Shown: in pieces, positions 12,552-26,788 of the stretch | Position numbering within the stretch: position 1 is the first letter of the stretch | How the letters are laid out: every line of letters begins with the position of its first letter | Assembly: GCF_006345805.1 (NCBI RefSeq) | Contig: NC_043001.1 | Span: forward strand, 7,006,001-7,070,000 | Direction: 5' to 3' | Length of the DNA stretch: 64,000 nt | Source: Octopus sinensis | Lineage: Eukaryota | The notes under the pieces: generated by a model | Seen by the model: the letters and a program-made list of their open reading frames with translations, nothing else | What the model was told of the DNA's origin: nothing | Databases searched by the model: none | Program-made: the position numbers and the translations under genes

Positions 12552-12578
12552 TAAACAAACAAGAAAGACCCTGTAAGG

Positions 12579-12644
<66 letters not shown>

Positions 12645-13267
12645 TACTATGGGAGACATGTATCATACTATGAGTCTTTCTCATAGCAGCTTTCTCTCTG
12701 TAACTTATAAAACAATTCTGGTTTATTTACAAATATTATATGAAGTATTCGACAGTTTAAATATCTATTCATTAAATTTGACTGAAATTACCTGGTGAGC
12801 GTCTAGCCCAATTTCATGTGCAAAGAGCCACCTCATCGTTGATTTGTAGTTTCAGTTCTGGCTAGGGTTAATTCATAGTAATTTTGTCGTTTGTTTGTGT
12901 TTATAAACTACCCCTTAAATTGGGTGAATATGTATTATTATGATATATATATTTCTACGGTTATTATTATACTATGAGTTTTCCAGAAGTAGTTTGTCTC
13001 CTCAGCTCACAAAGCATTTCTGGTTTGTTTATATTATTATATGTACTATAAGACAGTTTAAGTATATATGCATTAAACTTTGCTAGAACTGATGGGTGGG
13101 AATTTGTCCCAATCGGATGCGCAAGGAGTCGTGTTAGCGTGGAATTGTACGTTCGATTCTGGCTATTGTTATTTAATTACTTTTCGTTTTTTACTTGTAT
13201 TCAACCCCCCCCCACATTTATATATATATATACACACACGCACATAAATATCTATCTGTCTAGCTGG

Positions 13268-13305
<38 letters not shown>

Positions 13306-13388
13306 GATTATATATAACACATACGTACACACACACACATGTATATATATATATTACGTGTGTGCATCGAATATATAAATGCAGGAAT

Positions 13389-13423
<35 letters not shown>

Positions 13424-13971
13424 ATAGTAACAAATTTTTGACAACAATTTACGATCTCTACGTTCCGTGCAAAATAACAGAGGAACGTGTGACACTGCCT
13501 ACTGGTAGGGTAATAACACCAATTTACCTCTATTATCTACGTTTATTCAATTTGTCTATCTTCTGAATTCAACGGAAGGAAAACTGCTGAATATGCATCA
13601 TTGTAACCGACGGAGATCCATTTCAGTTAAATCTTTAACTTATTATTGATATCGTGTTTATTATTCATAGTGAAACCTACTGTTACATATATATACTAAT
13701 ATAAATTGCATTCTATATATAAATATGTGGTAGACTATAAACACTGTTTGGTGATTCGAGTATCTTCAGTGAGCAGGGACAACTGTTGAACGGTAAAAGT
13801 AATTTAGCATCTAGAATTTAATCATTTTCAAGTCAGAATATTTTGGTGGACGCCATATTGTATAGCATACTATTTACGGAAATCATTTAGTAGTACAGTC
13901 TTGTAGATTCTTTCATGTAATGAAAATGTATAAACACAATTCCCGCACGTTTATAATTTTGACCTGTATAT

Positions 13972-14126
13972 GTTTGCTGTGTGGTAAGTAGTTTGCTTAC
14001 CAACAACATGGTTCCGCGTCCAGTCCCACTGCGTGGCACCTTGGGTAAGTGTCTTCTACGATAGACTTGAGCTGACCAAAGACTTGTGAGTGGATTTGAT
14101 GGACCGAAACTGAAAGAAGCCCGTCG
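13972..14126 (+). mobile_element. SINE family A, 5' half (tRNA-like head + central domain), running into (TA)n(TG)n
   Basis: TGTGTGGTAAGTAG...CAGTCCCACTGCGTGGCACCTTGGGTAAGTGTCTTCT...GGAAACTGAAAGAAGCCCGTCG-type sequence, matching the other A copies. Confidence 0.85.
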
Positions 14127-14134
14127 TATATATG

Positions 14135-14186
<52 letters not shown>

Positions 14187-14262
14187 TGTGTGTGTGTGTG
14201 TGTGTGTGTATGTGTGTCTGTGTGTTTGTGTGTGTGTGTGTGTGTGTGTATGTGTGTGTATG

Positions 14263-14298
<36 letters not shown>

Positions 14299-14663
14299 CA
14301 CACACATTAGTGTGTGTATATACAAATTGATAGATGGATGAATAGAGAGATAGAGTGACAGAACAATCATAGCTTACCCAACAGGAAAATACAAGTGTTT
14401 AAAAGCTATTCCATACAATAACTAATGTAAATAACGTGTGAGACCAGAGAAGAACGCCTCCATCGTTATCTTTAATATATTATTTTCAGCACGTTAAGGT
14501 ATGTTTTACCGTGAAATTCTTTTTCTTTTGCTGAAGTTGCTACAGTTATAACTGAGTTGCTTTCTTGTTTTGGGTGTTCACAGTTTTAATATACAAATAT
14601 TTTATTATTATTATTTGCATTCGACTCTCATTCTCTCAAAAGTTTCTTTATTAGAAACCATCA

Positions 14664-15273
14664 TACTATTGCTCTCAGCTATGGTCACCATACAGTGTCA
14701 AGTTGATCACAGAACTTGAGGCGATCTAACGAAGCTACACGAAGAAGATAGCCTCTGTGCAGCATATAAGCTACATGGGAAAGACTCAAGAGATTAAAAC
14801 TCTATTGCTTGAAGCGTAGGCGAGAAAGATATGCCATAATATAGATCTGGAAGATCCTGGAAGGACTTGTCCCAAACTTTGGCATCGAGAGTTACACAAA
14901 TGCCAGAACTGGGCGCTACTGCGTGGTGCCAAGGACTCCAAATTTGCCATCAAGATGTAGGACAGGATACTGTGATAGCCTGGGCTTCAGAGGCCCATAG
15001 CTCTTCAATATCCTCCCGAAGAACCTGAGGGACCTGCATGGGGTGGATGCAGATGTCTTTAAAGTAGGACTGGATCTCTTCCTGTCAGGTGTCTCGGATG
15101 AACCAACTTCACGGCAGGAGGTGCAGATGAGGGCAGCTGCATCGAACTCTCTCATGCACCAAATGGCAGTTGCTAAAAAGCATTCGTGAAGTAAAATCAT
15201 GTAGCAACAACAAATGGCGGTGCCCCAGCATGGCCACAGTTCGTGAGCTGAAACTAGAAGAAATGAAATGAAA
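14664..15273 (+). mobile_element. 3' end of CR1-B LINE including 3' UTR and (AAATG)n tail
   Basis: Translates (with stops) as YCSQLWSPY..LEAI*RSYTKKI..ERLKRLKLY..RRRERYAII*IWKILEGLVPNFGI..LGFRGP*LFNILP..LDLFL..DEP. It ends GGCGGTGCCCCAGCATGGCCACAG...CTGAAACTAGAAGAAATGAAATGAAA. Confidence 0.88.
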
Positions 15274-15391
15274 ACCATGCACGACTTATAATGATATCGC
15301 TTCTCTTTCTATTACATATAAGTGATTTTACATAGAGAAATCATATTAAAACACAATTAGGCATTTCTATTGTATCAGTAAAAATATGTAT

Positions 15392-15423
<32 letters not shown>

Positions 15424-16026
15424 TCACGCACACACACAAATATGTACATCTATGCATAGATACACATCAACGCCGACATCTGCACAAAAGATGCATATAT
15501 ATGACTTTTGACAGATGTATTTTCTCTGAGATCAATGCGTTCGATCTACAAAGTTGATGTTTTCTTGATAGCAATCGTAGTAAAGGATCAGGGTTTTCGT
15601 CGTTGTAGCAGTAAACCAGAAGAGGGAAAAAGAAAGGAAATGGAAGAGACGGATGCTAAATGTGCGTAATATGATTATTTTCTACGTATTGTATATACGA
15701 TAGTGTAAATATAGTAATATGTTACATCTGTGTTCCCATATTTACTTTGAATTGTTTTAACGTGTTTTTTTCAATATCTTCCTTTCATTTATCTCCTTTC
15801 ATATTTCAGTCGATGGGTTTAAAAAGTTTAATCTGTAAAAGGCAATCAGATCGTATCATAAAACCGCATATTCTGCAAAGAACAAATAAAAAAAGAAAAT
15901 GCTTGCTCTTCATTTCTGATGACAGTTTTGTTTCTAAGTTTCAATGTTTTCTATGGAACACTTAGACACTCACACACACAAGCATATATGTATGTGTGTG
16001 TCTGTCTGTATATATATATATTCGTT

Positions 16027-16151
16027 TATTCTTTTATTCTTTTATTTATTTCAGTCATTTAACAGTGGCCATGCTGGAGCACCATCTTTAGTCAAGCCAA
16101 TCGATCTCAGGACTTATCGTATCGCTCTCCCATGCCGAATCGCAAAGTTAC

Positions 16152-16152
<1 letters not shown>
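16027..16152 (-). mobile_element. SINE family A, 3' fragment with internal deletion
   Basis: TTTCAGTCATTTAACAGTGGCCATGCTGGAGCACC is the reverse complement of the A-family tail. Confidence 0.75.
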
Positions 16153-16201
<49 letters not shown>

Positions 16202-16425
16202 AAGATAGATACAGCTTTAGAAATATAGATATATACATGCATATATATTTATACAAACACGCACATTTATATATATATATACATTATATTAAATTAGAGA
16301 TAAAACCATTATTAGGCAAATCAAACAGTGAAAATCATAAGCCAATACATAGAAATAAAATAAATTAAAAAATATAAAAGTTAAAATTTTAAAATTATTT
16401 CAATAATTTTAACTTATAAATTTGA

Positions 16426-16484
<59 letters not shown>

Positions 16485-16530
16485 ATGCATATGTATATAT
16501 ATATGTATACATCCCCCCACATCATATATA

Positions 16531-16570
<40 letters not shown>

Positions 16571-16576
16571 AACTTA

Positions 16577-17224
16577 TTTCGAGACGCATAAATTATAACG
16601 GTTATTGACAATTTTGTCTTTTTTTCGGCACATTTGGCATTAGAATTTTTCTTTTGCCCTTATTTGATAAGTTATTTGTAAATTTAACCTTTAAAAGTAT
16701 TTTTTGATATGCTGGCCGTTGATAAAAAATTTTTTCGAAACAAATTTTATCCTACATTAATTGGAAATTTAAGTGTTCACTTCCGGATTCTCTCATTCTG
16801 TGAAAGTTTCTAGTTCGAATTACACGTGTCTCGAATTGTGCCAAAGATTTTCTATTTTAGATATATTTGGGGTACTTACGTCTGCTCAGGTCTTAGTGCT
16901 TGCTTTTTCCATGGGTATGAGTAAGTATTCCATTTATGTCTCACGTATTTATCGCTGAAGAGGGGAAAATTCTTATGAATTAACCCAGAAATTGGGACCA
17001 ATACGGTAATAACGGATTTTTTAGAAATTTCTATCGGGTTGTTTCGAGACGCATAAATTATAAGTGTTATTGACAATTTTGTCTTTTTTTCGGCATATTT
17101 GGCATTAGAATTTTTCTTTTGCCCTTACTTTATAAGTTATTTATAAATTTAACCTTTAAAGGTATTTTTTGATATGCTGGCCATTGATAAAATGTTTTTT
17201 CGAAAAAAATGTTATCCTACATTA
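16577..17224 (+). repeat. 183-bp direct repeat pair (16577-16759 and 17042-17224), about 90% identical
   Basis: TTTCGAGACGCATAAATTATAA...GGCATTAGAATTTTTCTTTTGCCCTTA...TATCCTACATTA occurs twice, 465 bp apart. Confidence 0.9.
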
Positions 17225-19169
17225 GTTGTATATATATATATATATATAATATATATATACCTACATTAAATATATATACATATATATATATATATCCTAT
17301 ATATATATATATATATATATATCCTACATTAGTTGTATATATATATATATATATATATATATGCAAATATACTTTTATATGTGTGTATACGCAATACTCA
17401 CACATGCATTTTGAATATATACATGAGGTGTTATAATATAATGATAATACCTCCCCACACACACACAATTACATACTATCAATGATTAACATTATTTGGA
17501 AACTTAAACGATATTTGCTGTGCAAATAATAAGTATGCATTATTATGGCATCTATTGTCAAGGATGTCACCCTTTTTAAAGAATGTTTTTGAGCTCTTGA
17601 ATATAACACCTTTGAAATATATAGGAAGAACTTTTGAAATATATAGGAAGAACGGTTAGATATCAACAGAAATCTGAGATTTTCAATTCATAATACCAAT
17701 TCTTTTGTATAAATGAAGAAAGTGGAGGGGAAAATCTGTTAAGTAAAAACGGAATGTAAATAGTTAGTAAATGATAGGTTAATACAAAATTTGTTGGATG
17801 CTTAAGAATTCAGGAGTATGAAATATAATGTCAGAATCGTCAGACTTCTTATTTCGTTGTAAGCAGAGGAATTTGAGAATGCAATATAATATTGTATGGT
17901 TTAGTTCAGTATGATAATGCAATATTATCCTCAATCGTAGAATCATTGTGTCAGCATTGTGCTACGTTTCGCCTTAAATACTGTGAAATATTTAGCTCTA
18001 CACTACTCAAAAATACATCGATTATATTCAACTCTTTATAGTTGCTACTTATGTTTATTTCAGAGGAAAATAATGTTCTAATTATTTTATTTCCTATATC
18101 ATCCTTTGTTATAATGATAAGTTTGACAATAGATTTACAGTGAGACAAATCTTTGCTTCTTACATAAATAATACTGACATGAATAAGCAGAAGGTGCTTA
18201 TAGTCGGAATTTACATGTATGTCTCTCGGCAGTCTAGATTGATCTTCAGAATAATATAGAGAATCTTGTGCCAAACTGTGACAGTCGAGTTCACCGTTCT
18301 CATAGCCCATATACGGGTTTTGATCTTGTGCTTTAAGAGATCGTGAGCGGGCGGGAAATAATTACGTCTTTGCAAGATCACGTGTCACTGAATGTTGGAA
18401 AGCGTAGAATTATTATTCCTACAGCAGACTCGCTTGCAGTATGAGGGTACTGATTTTTAGCGACATCTAATCCATCATTGACAATAATTTTATGACGCAG
18501 CCAAATGTTAGATTTATGCTGTGTGAGTTTGTCGTTGAAAAAAAAACTTGTTTAATTCTGAAAAAAAAAAATCACTTCGGTTTTCTTACCGATGATTGTT
18601 ATTTTGCTTTCTGTCCTTTTCACAATTATTTGCCCCATTTCCGGTGGAAATATATTATATCAACTGTGAATGGTTATGTCAACTATTCCATTTGAAATTG
18701 TTTTAATATCTGTAGTATACAGTGTGCGGCGACATGTTTCGCCAGCATTGTGTTTACTGCCCAGAGAAATATTAATGGAGTCTGGTCAGAGTTGTCGTTT
18801 CTTGTGTGTGTGTATGTCTGTTTTCTCATGTTGACTTCCTTGTTTATGCTTCCGGTCCAGTGAAAATAAGTTCCGACACGAGATTGGACTCATGATCGTA
18901 TATTTGTAGCATCTTGTTCATGACTGTCTTTCACACTTGTTCACCGTATTCTTCTGAGATAACTGTTGGCTTTTAGTGGTATGGGAGCATACACATTAGG
19001 AGCAATTCGATGCATTTACCATTTGCTTGTGAGATCCTAATCCAGACGGATGGTACCATCGCCCCACTCAGGCAACTACCATCCAACCAATGCTCTGTTT
19101 GATGAGGGTTTTACAATATCTGAGTCCAAATCCTAACTCAGCCTTTATTTATCACCTTTTGGGACATAC

Positions 19170-19340
19170 AGAGTAAACATCCGGTTTAGTTTTTGACATG
19201 GCAATCCAACAAAGCCCTAGAGTAACGCGAAATGTAGTGTTTTGCTGAAGGGCACAACATACGCCTACCAGTGCGGGAATCGAACCTATAATCTGATGAT
19301 AGTGAGTGCAGCAAGTTAAACACGAGACCATGCACTTTAC
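19170..19340 (-). mobile_element. Degenerate tRNA-derived SINE (family E-like)
   Basis: GGGCACAAC...GGGAATCGAACC..AATC..ATGAT.GTGAGT resembles the reverse-complemented head of 36845-37176. Confidence 0.5.
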
Positions 19341-20692
19341 TAATTGTTGTAGCGAGAGTACGACACCTCCTGACAAGAATAGGTGCGACCACTATACAGC
19401 GTGCGGCAGAAGTAACACCCTTTTTGCATTTAATATATGTTATAGCGTATACACGTTTATTAAGTAATTTTTAATTGAACACAAATTTATTGCATTCTTT
19501 AAAGAAACTAATAATAAACTATTGAAAAATAAATCACAGAAGTTTTAGGAAATCGATCTAGTATTACGGAGATGTACTTGCATAGCAAGTGATTTGATCT
19601 GAGATCGTGTGCTGAAACGAAAACAATTGCAGCGTGGAAGGTGTTTGTAAACCATTTAAGAAACACACAGAAGCCGTTCGATTCACTTCAACATTTAAGT
19701 TTAATTTGTCAAAATATTTTCGTCGTTTTAAGACCGCGACCCGTTCACTGACAAAAATCCGTGCTGCATTTCGTATCTAGTATTGTTTCCTCAAAAATAT
19801 TGTCTCTTGGAAACATGAATCAGTATAAAAGAGTGTTAGTTCTGCCGCGCCTTGTATATAAATAGTAGTGATCTGACGTGTTCCGCAGTTCGTAGTTTGG
19901 TCTTCCAAGTCCAGGTACAGTTAACATTTCGAATTAGTCTGTTGGAAATATTGATCGTTGGTTCGTAAAAGATTGTTGGTTCGTTACGTATATCTTACTG
20001 CCGCTATTTCTGTTTTGTATTGTTATGACATATTACTGTGTATTCTTTGTTTATCGTCAACAATATCAACCGTATTACAATATTTGAGACGTAAGGATAT
20101 AACACTGATGTTAAACAGGTCTGCGATAAGCCGTGGTATATCAAAAGGCAGTAATGATTTCGGTTTTCCGTGCCCCAGAGACCGATTGTGAAGCAGCTGT
20201 TGGAACATATTTGCTTTCATAAATGTTTTAATCGTGTGTTGTTGGCATCTTTTTTGTATAGAAATATAGACATTCGTGAGATGGGAAACACTTTGGTAAG
20301 TGCTCTTATAATTGTTACAAGGGTTCCGAACCGAGGATTGCGAGAAGGGTGGGATTTCTTACACTTGATCCTCTGAAGGGATGAGGACACGGTCAATATT
20401 GCTGGAAATATGGAAAGGACTACAGTAATTTCGCAGGAAGGAATTGCTTGTACACACAAATGGTAATGTAAGAAAGAGGAAAAAAGGGGTTTAAAAAAGG
20501 AATTTTTTATAAGAAAAGAGAGGTTCCTGTTAAGTGAAGGTATAAAAGGTGCAATTGTTTCTTTACAAGGCCACCTGTAAAAAAAAACAAAATCAAATTC
20601 CACAGCCCTGTCGGCACACACACACACACACACACACTCTCTCTCTCTCTCTCTCATACACCCCCACGCACACATTAGATATAAAGATATGG

Positions 20693-20756
<64 letters not shown>

Positions 20757-21059
20757 CTGAATACACACGTCAAACAAATTAAAAGTGTGGCTTATTATCA
20801 ATTAGAACCTAAAAGCAAAATTAATAGAGGACACAAAATTGAATAAATTAACCCCAAAAGTAATAAGGCAGTATAGGCCTGTAGTGGCTTTGAAGTAGAT
20901 ATAAGCATTATTTTAGCATAAGCGGTGCTAGTCAGTACCCTCTGTCACGTTTGGGGTCTCTATGACATAATATATATATATAGTATATGTATATTATTAT
21001 ATATATATATATATATATATATTATTATATATATATATTATATATATATAGATATAATA

Positions 21060-21126
<67 letters not shown>

Positions 21127-21128
21127 TA

Positions 21129-21166
<38 letters not shown>

Positions 21167-21169
21167 CGT

Positions 21170-21456
21170 AGCACTCCGTCACTTGCGACTACGAGGGTTC
21201 CTGTTGATCCGATCAACGGAATCCTCCTCCCCGTGAAATTAATGTGCAAGGGGATGAGCACTCCACAGAGACGTGTACGCATAATGTAGCTCTTGGGGAG
21301 ACTCAGCTTGACACAAAGGGCTGGCCCTTTGAAATGCAGGTAGAGAAACAGGAAGAAAGAGTGAGAGAAGTTTGTGGTGAAAAGTACAGTAGGTTTCGCC
21401 ACGTCACTTCCTGCCGGAGCCTCGTGCTTTCGCTCAATAGACACTCCACTCACAAC
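21170..21456 (-). mobile_element. SINE family B, lacking the tRNA head
   Basis: Colinear with 47705-48091 (GCACTCCGTC..GACGAGGGTTCC.GTTGATCCG...GGCCCTTTGAAAT.CAGGT). Confidence 0.85.
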
Positions 21457-21724
21457 AAGAGAGAGAGAGAGAGAGAGAGTAATAAGAAAATTGAGAGGAT
21501 TAATAGGTGGTTCATCAGCTTTTAGACACTATATTATGTTAACTTATTTCTTTATTTACTAAACTGACAATTACAAGAATATACATACATGTATAAGATA
21601 TGCTTTAAATATAAGATATAAAATATAAAATATATTAATATATGAAGATGCCACTAATTATTATATAACATACATATATATTTATATATATACTTGATCT
21701 CTGTGGCATTATCATCGTGCTTAC

Positions 21725-21936
21725 TTGAGCCAGCAGCAAAGCGCAATTGGAAACAATCGGCAGAGTTCTGGACGTATTTATTCCGGCATTTTACGTATAA
21801 GTCTTAATCCTGCCTTATCTTACCTTTTCATCATTTTCAGGTCCATAAATTAAATATCCGTCAAGTACTCTGGTCGAAATAACCAACTAAGCCCATTCCT
21901 CATAAAAGCCACTGGAACTATGCCAAATGTTGAAAT
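21725..21936 (+). mobile_element. Degenerate SINE family D
   Basis: Weak match to the D consensus (CCTTTTCATCATTTTCAGGTCCATAAATTAAATA). Confidence 0.5.
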
Positions 21937-24295
21937 TTATTTCTCCACAGTTCTTCAGTTGAAATCAATGTTTACACAAATAGTTATTCTACGAAACAAT
22001 ATGATTCTATATATAGAAACAAACTGGAATAATCATGTGATACCATAACCATAAACACGGGTGTGTTTTTTTTCTTTTTTGGCTTTTTATTCGAGTCTCG
22101 AAGAACATTATACATAGTCTTTTGGATAATCAATTGTCTTTAAATTCTTCGTTATCATTCAACAAAATTCATCTCAATATTTTCCGAAATGTAACGCGTC
22201 CAAGAAAGATATTTGTTTTCATTAGTGCCAACCATGAATATTCACTTTGCTCAATGATTTCATTTTTATTGAAGAATGAGTTGCTAGTGTATTTATAATG
22301 AAATAAATAAATAGATATTGTTATCAATAAATCGATTAAAAACAAAGGCAAATTCCATCACGAATGAAACCTATTAAGAGAGAAGGAATCAATACTGAAT
22401 ATCTTCACTTCAATAAATATAAAATAAAACAATATAAAATTACCAAAATTGAAAATAGATTTTCCTAAATATTTGCATATTTCGAGAAAGTTCAGTGGGG
22501 ACTGGAAAAATAGTAGCAAAACAGTCTAAATTGTTATGAATGTTCTTTTATTTCATTCTCTTTCTTGTAAGAATGAATGGGGCAGTGGTTCGCGGGAGAT
22601 TTATGGAGAAGGTAGAGATGTTAAAATAAATATTGCAGCTAAAGTTCTAAATCAATCATTGATTCTTTCAATCCATTCATTTCAAGATCGGTTGAAATAA
22701 TTGATTGGTATTGTTTGGACCCCGAACAGACGAAGTACAAAATCGACAGCGGTGAGGCTTGTACTTAGAGAGGAAAAGTGTATCTGAAGACACGGTAGAG
22801 TTTATAGCAATTTTATTCGAATGCGAGACTGTTAAAATTGCTATAATTATGTTTTAGACAACAGACGGTAATATGTTACTTAAATGTAAAATTTTCCATT
22901 AAGATAAATGATCATGTTATTGGCTAATGGCACAAAAATTGGTTCAATAGACGTTACTGATTGGTTGAAATTGCTGAAATACGAGAAATTTAACAACAGA
23001 TCGCTTACAAACTACAGAATTTTCTCAAGTACGCCCAGAGAAAAAGATGTTTTGTGTGACACATTCTACCAGTATATGAACTTTAAAAGTGTTTAGTTAC
23101 CAAAAATTAGTATTTAAATCTGCCGGTCCGAGTGAAAAGTTCCCCAAAATTTGATCAATAACAAAAAATTATGGCAAAATAAAAGTATAATAAACGCAAT
23201 AGAAATAGAAGCAACTGCGGAAGCATCCTGCGTGGATGGTGAATGAGGAGATATCTAGGTACATATACCAGAGATATTCCTGTTATCGTTCTCCTGTTTC
23301 CAGACGCATACTGCTATTAAAACCGTTCCTGGGTCCATGTTCGACATTAAATGAAATAGAGTGCTATGGCTGACTTGCGACAGTGACATAGGGAGTATTT
23401 TGCGGTAATATTCCGGTCTCTTAGACCGCCGACGCAATTTTGGTATACGTTTGGCATTTTATCAATCTTGTCGACGCGAAAAAATGACAGCCCAGTTAAA
23501 TGCTATAGCCGATTCCATCGATTCTCGCTCACAAATAAATCAATATATAAACAAACATTGATACCGCACACCTGCTCCGTAATAATTAAGGTTGGTGTGA
23601 TTGTAGAATTGCTAAAATGTCTGAAAAAGTCCGTAACGGTATAACTTTAGGCTCTTTACGTTCGGAGTTCAAATTCCATCGATATCACCTTTAACTTTCA
23701 TCCCATCAGCATTGGTAAAATAAAGGTATTTTTTGTTCCTTTTTGTTTTTTGCATTTTTTTTTTCGCATATCAGCTTTCAATTTGAGATAAAAGTTTCTT
23801 TGCATTTAACAATATTTCCTATATCCCCGTAGGACTCATACTGATATCCATTCGTTATTTGTCTAGTGTTTTGCTAAATCCATTTAATAAATAACGAAAT
23901 TATTTGTTCTGAAGGAATGCATTTTAAGGAACGCGCTTTGGCAAATTTGAGAATGATTAAGATTACAAATAATATGATTCCACATCCTGACATTTGTTTC
24001 CATAGTTTTGAGAAGTATTTCATTCAACTATAGAACATTTTAGTCTTTGAATGGAGTAAATATATGATGTCCATAATTAAAAATTCTAATCTTAATATGC
24101 AAACACACGCACACACAGAGAGAGTCATTTACACACACACACATACACACACACACACACAAACACACGAACACATACAATTGCTTATATATATATATAT
24201 GTATATGTGTGTGTGTGTGTCTGTGTATCCATATATATACATATATATGAGTACCGTTATAAATATATATATATAAGTATATGCTTATATAATCT

Positions 24296-24710
24296 TTTCT
24301 TTTTTTTTCCTCTTTGAACTTGTTTCAGTCATTTGACTGCGGCCATGCTGGAGCACCGCCTTTAATCGAGCAACTCGACCCCGGGACTTATTGTTTGTAA
24401 GTCCAGTACTTATTCTATCGTTCTCTTTTGCTGAACCGCTAAGTGACGGGGACATAAACACACCAGCATCGATTGTCAAGCAATGCTAGGGGGACTAACA
24501 CAGACACACATACACGCACGTATATATATAATTATATATATATATATATACATATATACGACGGGGTTCTTTAAGTTTCCGTCTACCAAATCCCCTCACA
24601 AGGCTTTGGTCGGCCCGAGGCTATAGTAGAAGACACTTACCCAAGGTGCCACGCAGTGGGACTGAACCCGGAACCATGTGGTTGGTAAAGAAGTTACTTA
24701 ACACACACCC
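24296..24710 (-). mobile_element. SINE family A, near full length, with internal microsatellite
   Basis: Head, B-box-like GGTTCAGTCCC, CCTTGGGTAAG domain, internal (TA)n(TG)n and the A-family tail are all present. Confidence 0.92.
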
Positions 24711-24732
24711 ATATATATATGTATATAATATA

Positions 24733-24783
<51 letters not shown>

Positions 24784-24901
24784 CATGTCAGTTCAAGTAT
24801 CATAATAGTATGAAAATATTAGTAGCTCTTTCGGTTCTGTATTTAATTTGATACACACACACTCATACAGATAGACACTTATATGTATGTATACATGCAT
24901 A

Positions 24902-24952
<51 letters not shown>

Positions 24953-25589
24953 TTGTATGTATCTATGTATCTCTCTATCTCTCTCTCGTTATATATATAT
25001 ATAATATATATATATATATTATAAATTGATTTATGTATGTATATATTGGCACCTTTGCATATATATATTTCTGACGCAGTTGCGCATATTTTAAGCCATA
25101 TTGACATGAAGTATTTATATTCGACTAACATAATTTGTTTGTTTGTTTTTTTATTTTTCTTCGTGTTACTTTCTTTAAAACTGAGGATAACATTCAATCA
25201 ATTACATAACTATAACTTTTTTCATACATTACTAGATAAACAAAAAGTGCCTGGAATATTTTTTCTATTGTTTTCTAACACTAGCACTTGCACTAAACTA
25301 CGTCAGCTTACATTCAATAAACTCGCTTTGAAAATCACAAATAAGAACCCACGTGACGTTTTGCTCTGGGAATGATATATCACACTCGGATTTTACTTGG
25401 CATCTATTAGTTCATTCGGAAAATTGCAGAATGTGTTTCTATTTTTTATGGGTGGTGCGGGGGAGAAGCATTATTTAAGATTTAAGGACATGTTCGTATC
25501 AAATCATTTCTCCCAGAAGATATGTCTCGGATATAATAGTTATAATGGATACACGGATATGAATGAATGAATGTGTTTGGGAATATCTA

Positions 25590-25639
25590 TTTAACTATCT
25601 ATTTATCTATCTATCTATCTATCTATCTATATATACATA

Positions 25640-25719
<80 letters not shown>

Positions 25720-25883
25720 ATGTATACATATATATATATATATCTAGAGAGAGAGAGAGAGAGAGAGATGGAGAGAGTGACAGATACATACATTTTCTTC
25801 CTCCGTCTTTATTTGGATTCATTATATATATATGTATATATATGAATACATACATATATATAAATATATGTGTGTATATATAC

Positions 25884-25917
<34 letters not shown>

Positions 25918-26177
25918 GCACATATATACATACTTACATATATATGCATATACATATAAATATATTTGTAAGCATATATTTAATATGCATATATATATAG
26001 ATGAATATATATATACACATATATATATACATAAATATATGTAGATGTACATACATATATATAGTTTTATATATACGTTTATATATATGAGTATATATGT
26101 ATATATATATATATATGTATATATATGTATATATATGTATATATATGTATATATATGTATATATATATATATATATA

Positions 26178-26208
<31 letters not shown>

Positions 26209-26210
26209 GA
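25590..26210. repeat. Long compound (TA)n/(GA)n/(TATC)n microsatellite tract, representative of dozens in the window
   Basis: Directly visible. Similar tracts occur at 5680-5880, 7375-7525, 11245-11520, 20960-21165, 48555-48895, 62160-62430 and 63225-63890. Confidence 0.95.
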
Positions 26211-26788
26211 CAGATATTAAATCTGTTTTATGATGAATTGACATTCAATTATTGATGATCGCATTCAGAGATTTGCACAAAAACTCGATCTTATTCTTTC
26301 CTTGTAAAATGTGTTGCGCAAAAACACAAGAGTAACAGGCACGTGTTATTGATATTTCTAATAAATAGCCTGTTTATTTCTATATAAATACTTATTACTT
26401 ATAGACTATGAAAAACAAAACAATAGATTCCCCCAGTGTGATTCTTTTTTTCCTTTCTAACATATGAATTACTACTCTGTGGAATTTTTGCAATGTTCTC
26501 TGGCAAAATAATATTTATTTATAGATAGCTTTGTGTACTTAAATAAACTGATCGCGCGATGTGTTGTCAATTGTATTTCTTATATGTATTTGTTTCAAAT
26601 ATTCCTCCTCTCTTCCCAAAAGAGTTATTTTATTACCATTTTGTTTCTTGATTCTTGGCCTGATACATTGATGTACCTCTTAGCATTTAAGTTGGTTTAT
26701 TTAATAATTTCAATAATACTATCACTTGATGTTCACTACGTTTCTGGGGATTAAATGCTACTTTTGCTTATATAACAAAGCTGGTATT

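Noticed and set aside
17951-18310. 119-aa minus-strand ORF in unique sequence
   Set aside because: No recognisable domain and no convincing splice boundaries. I cannot support it as an exon without RNA or homology data.
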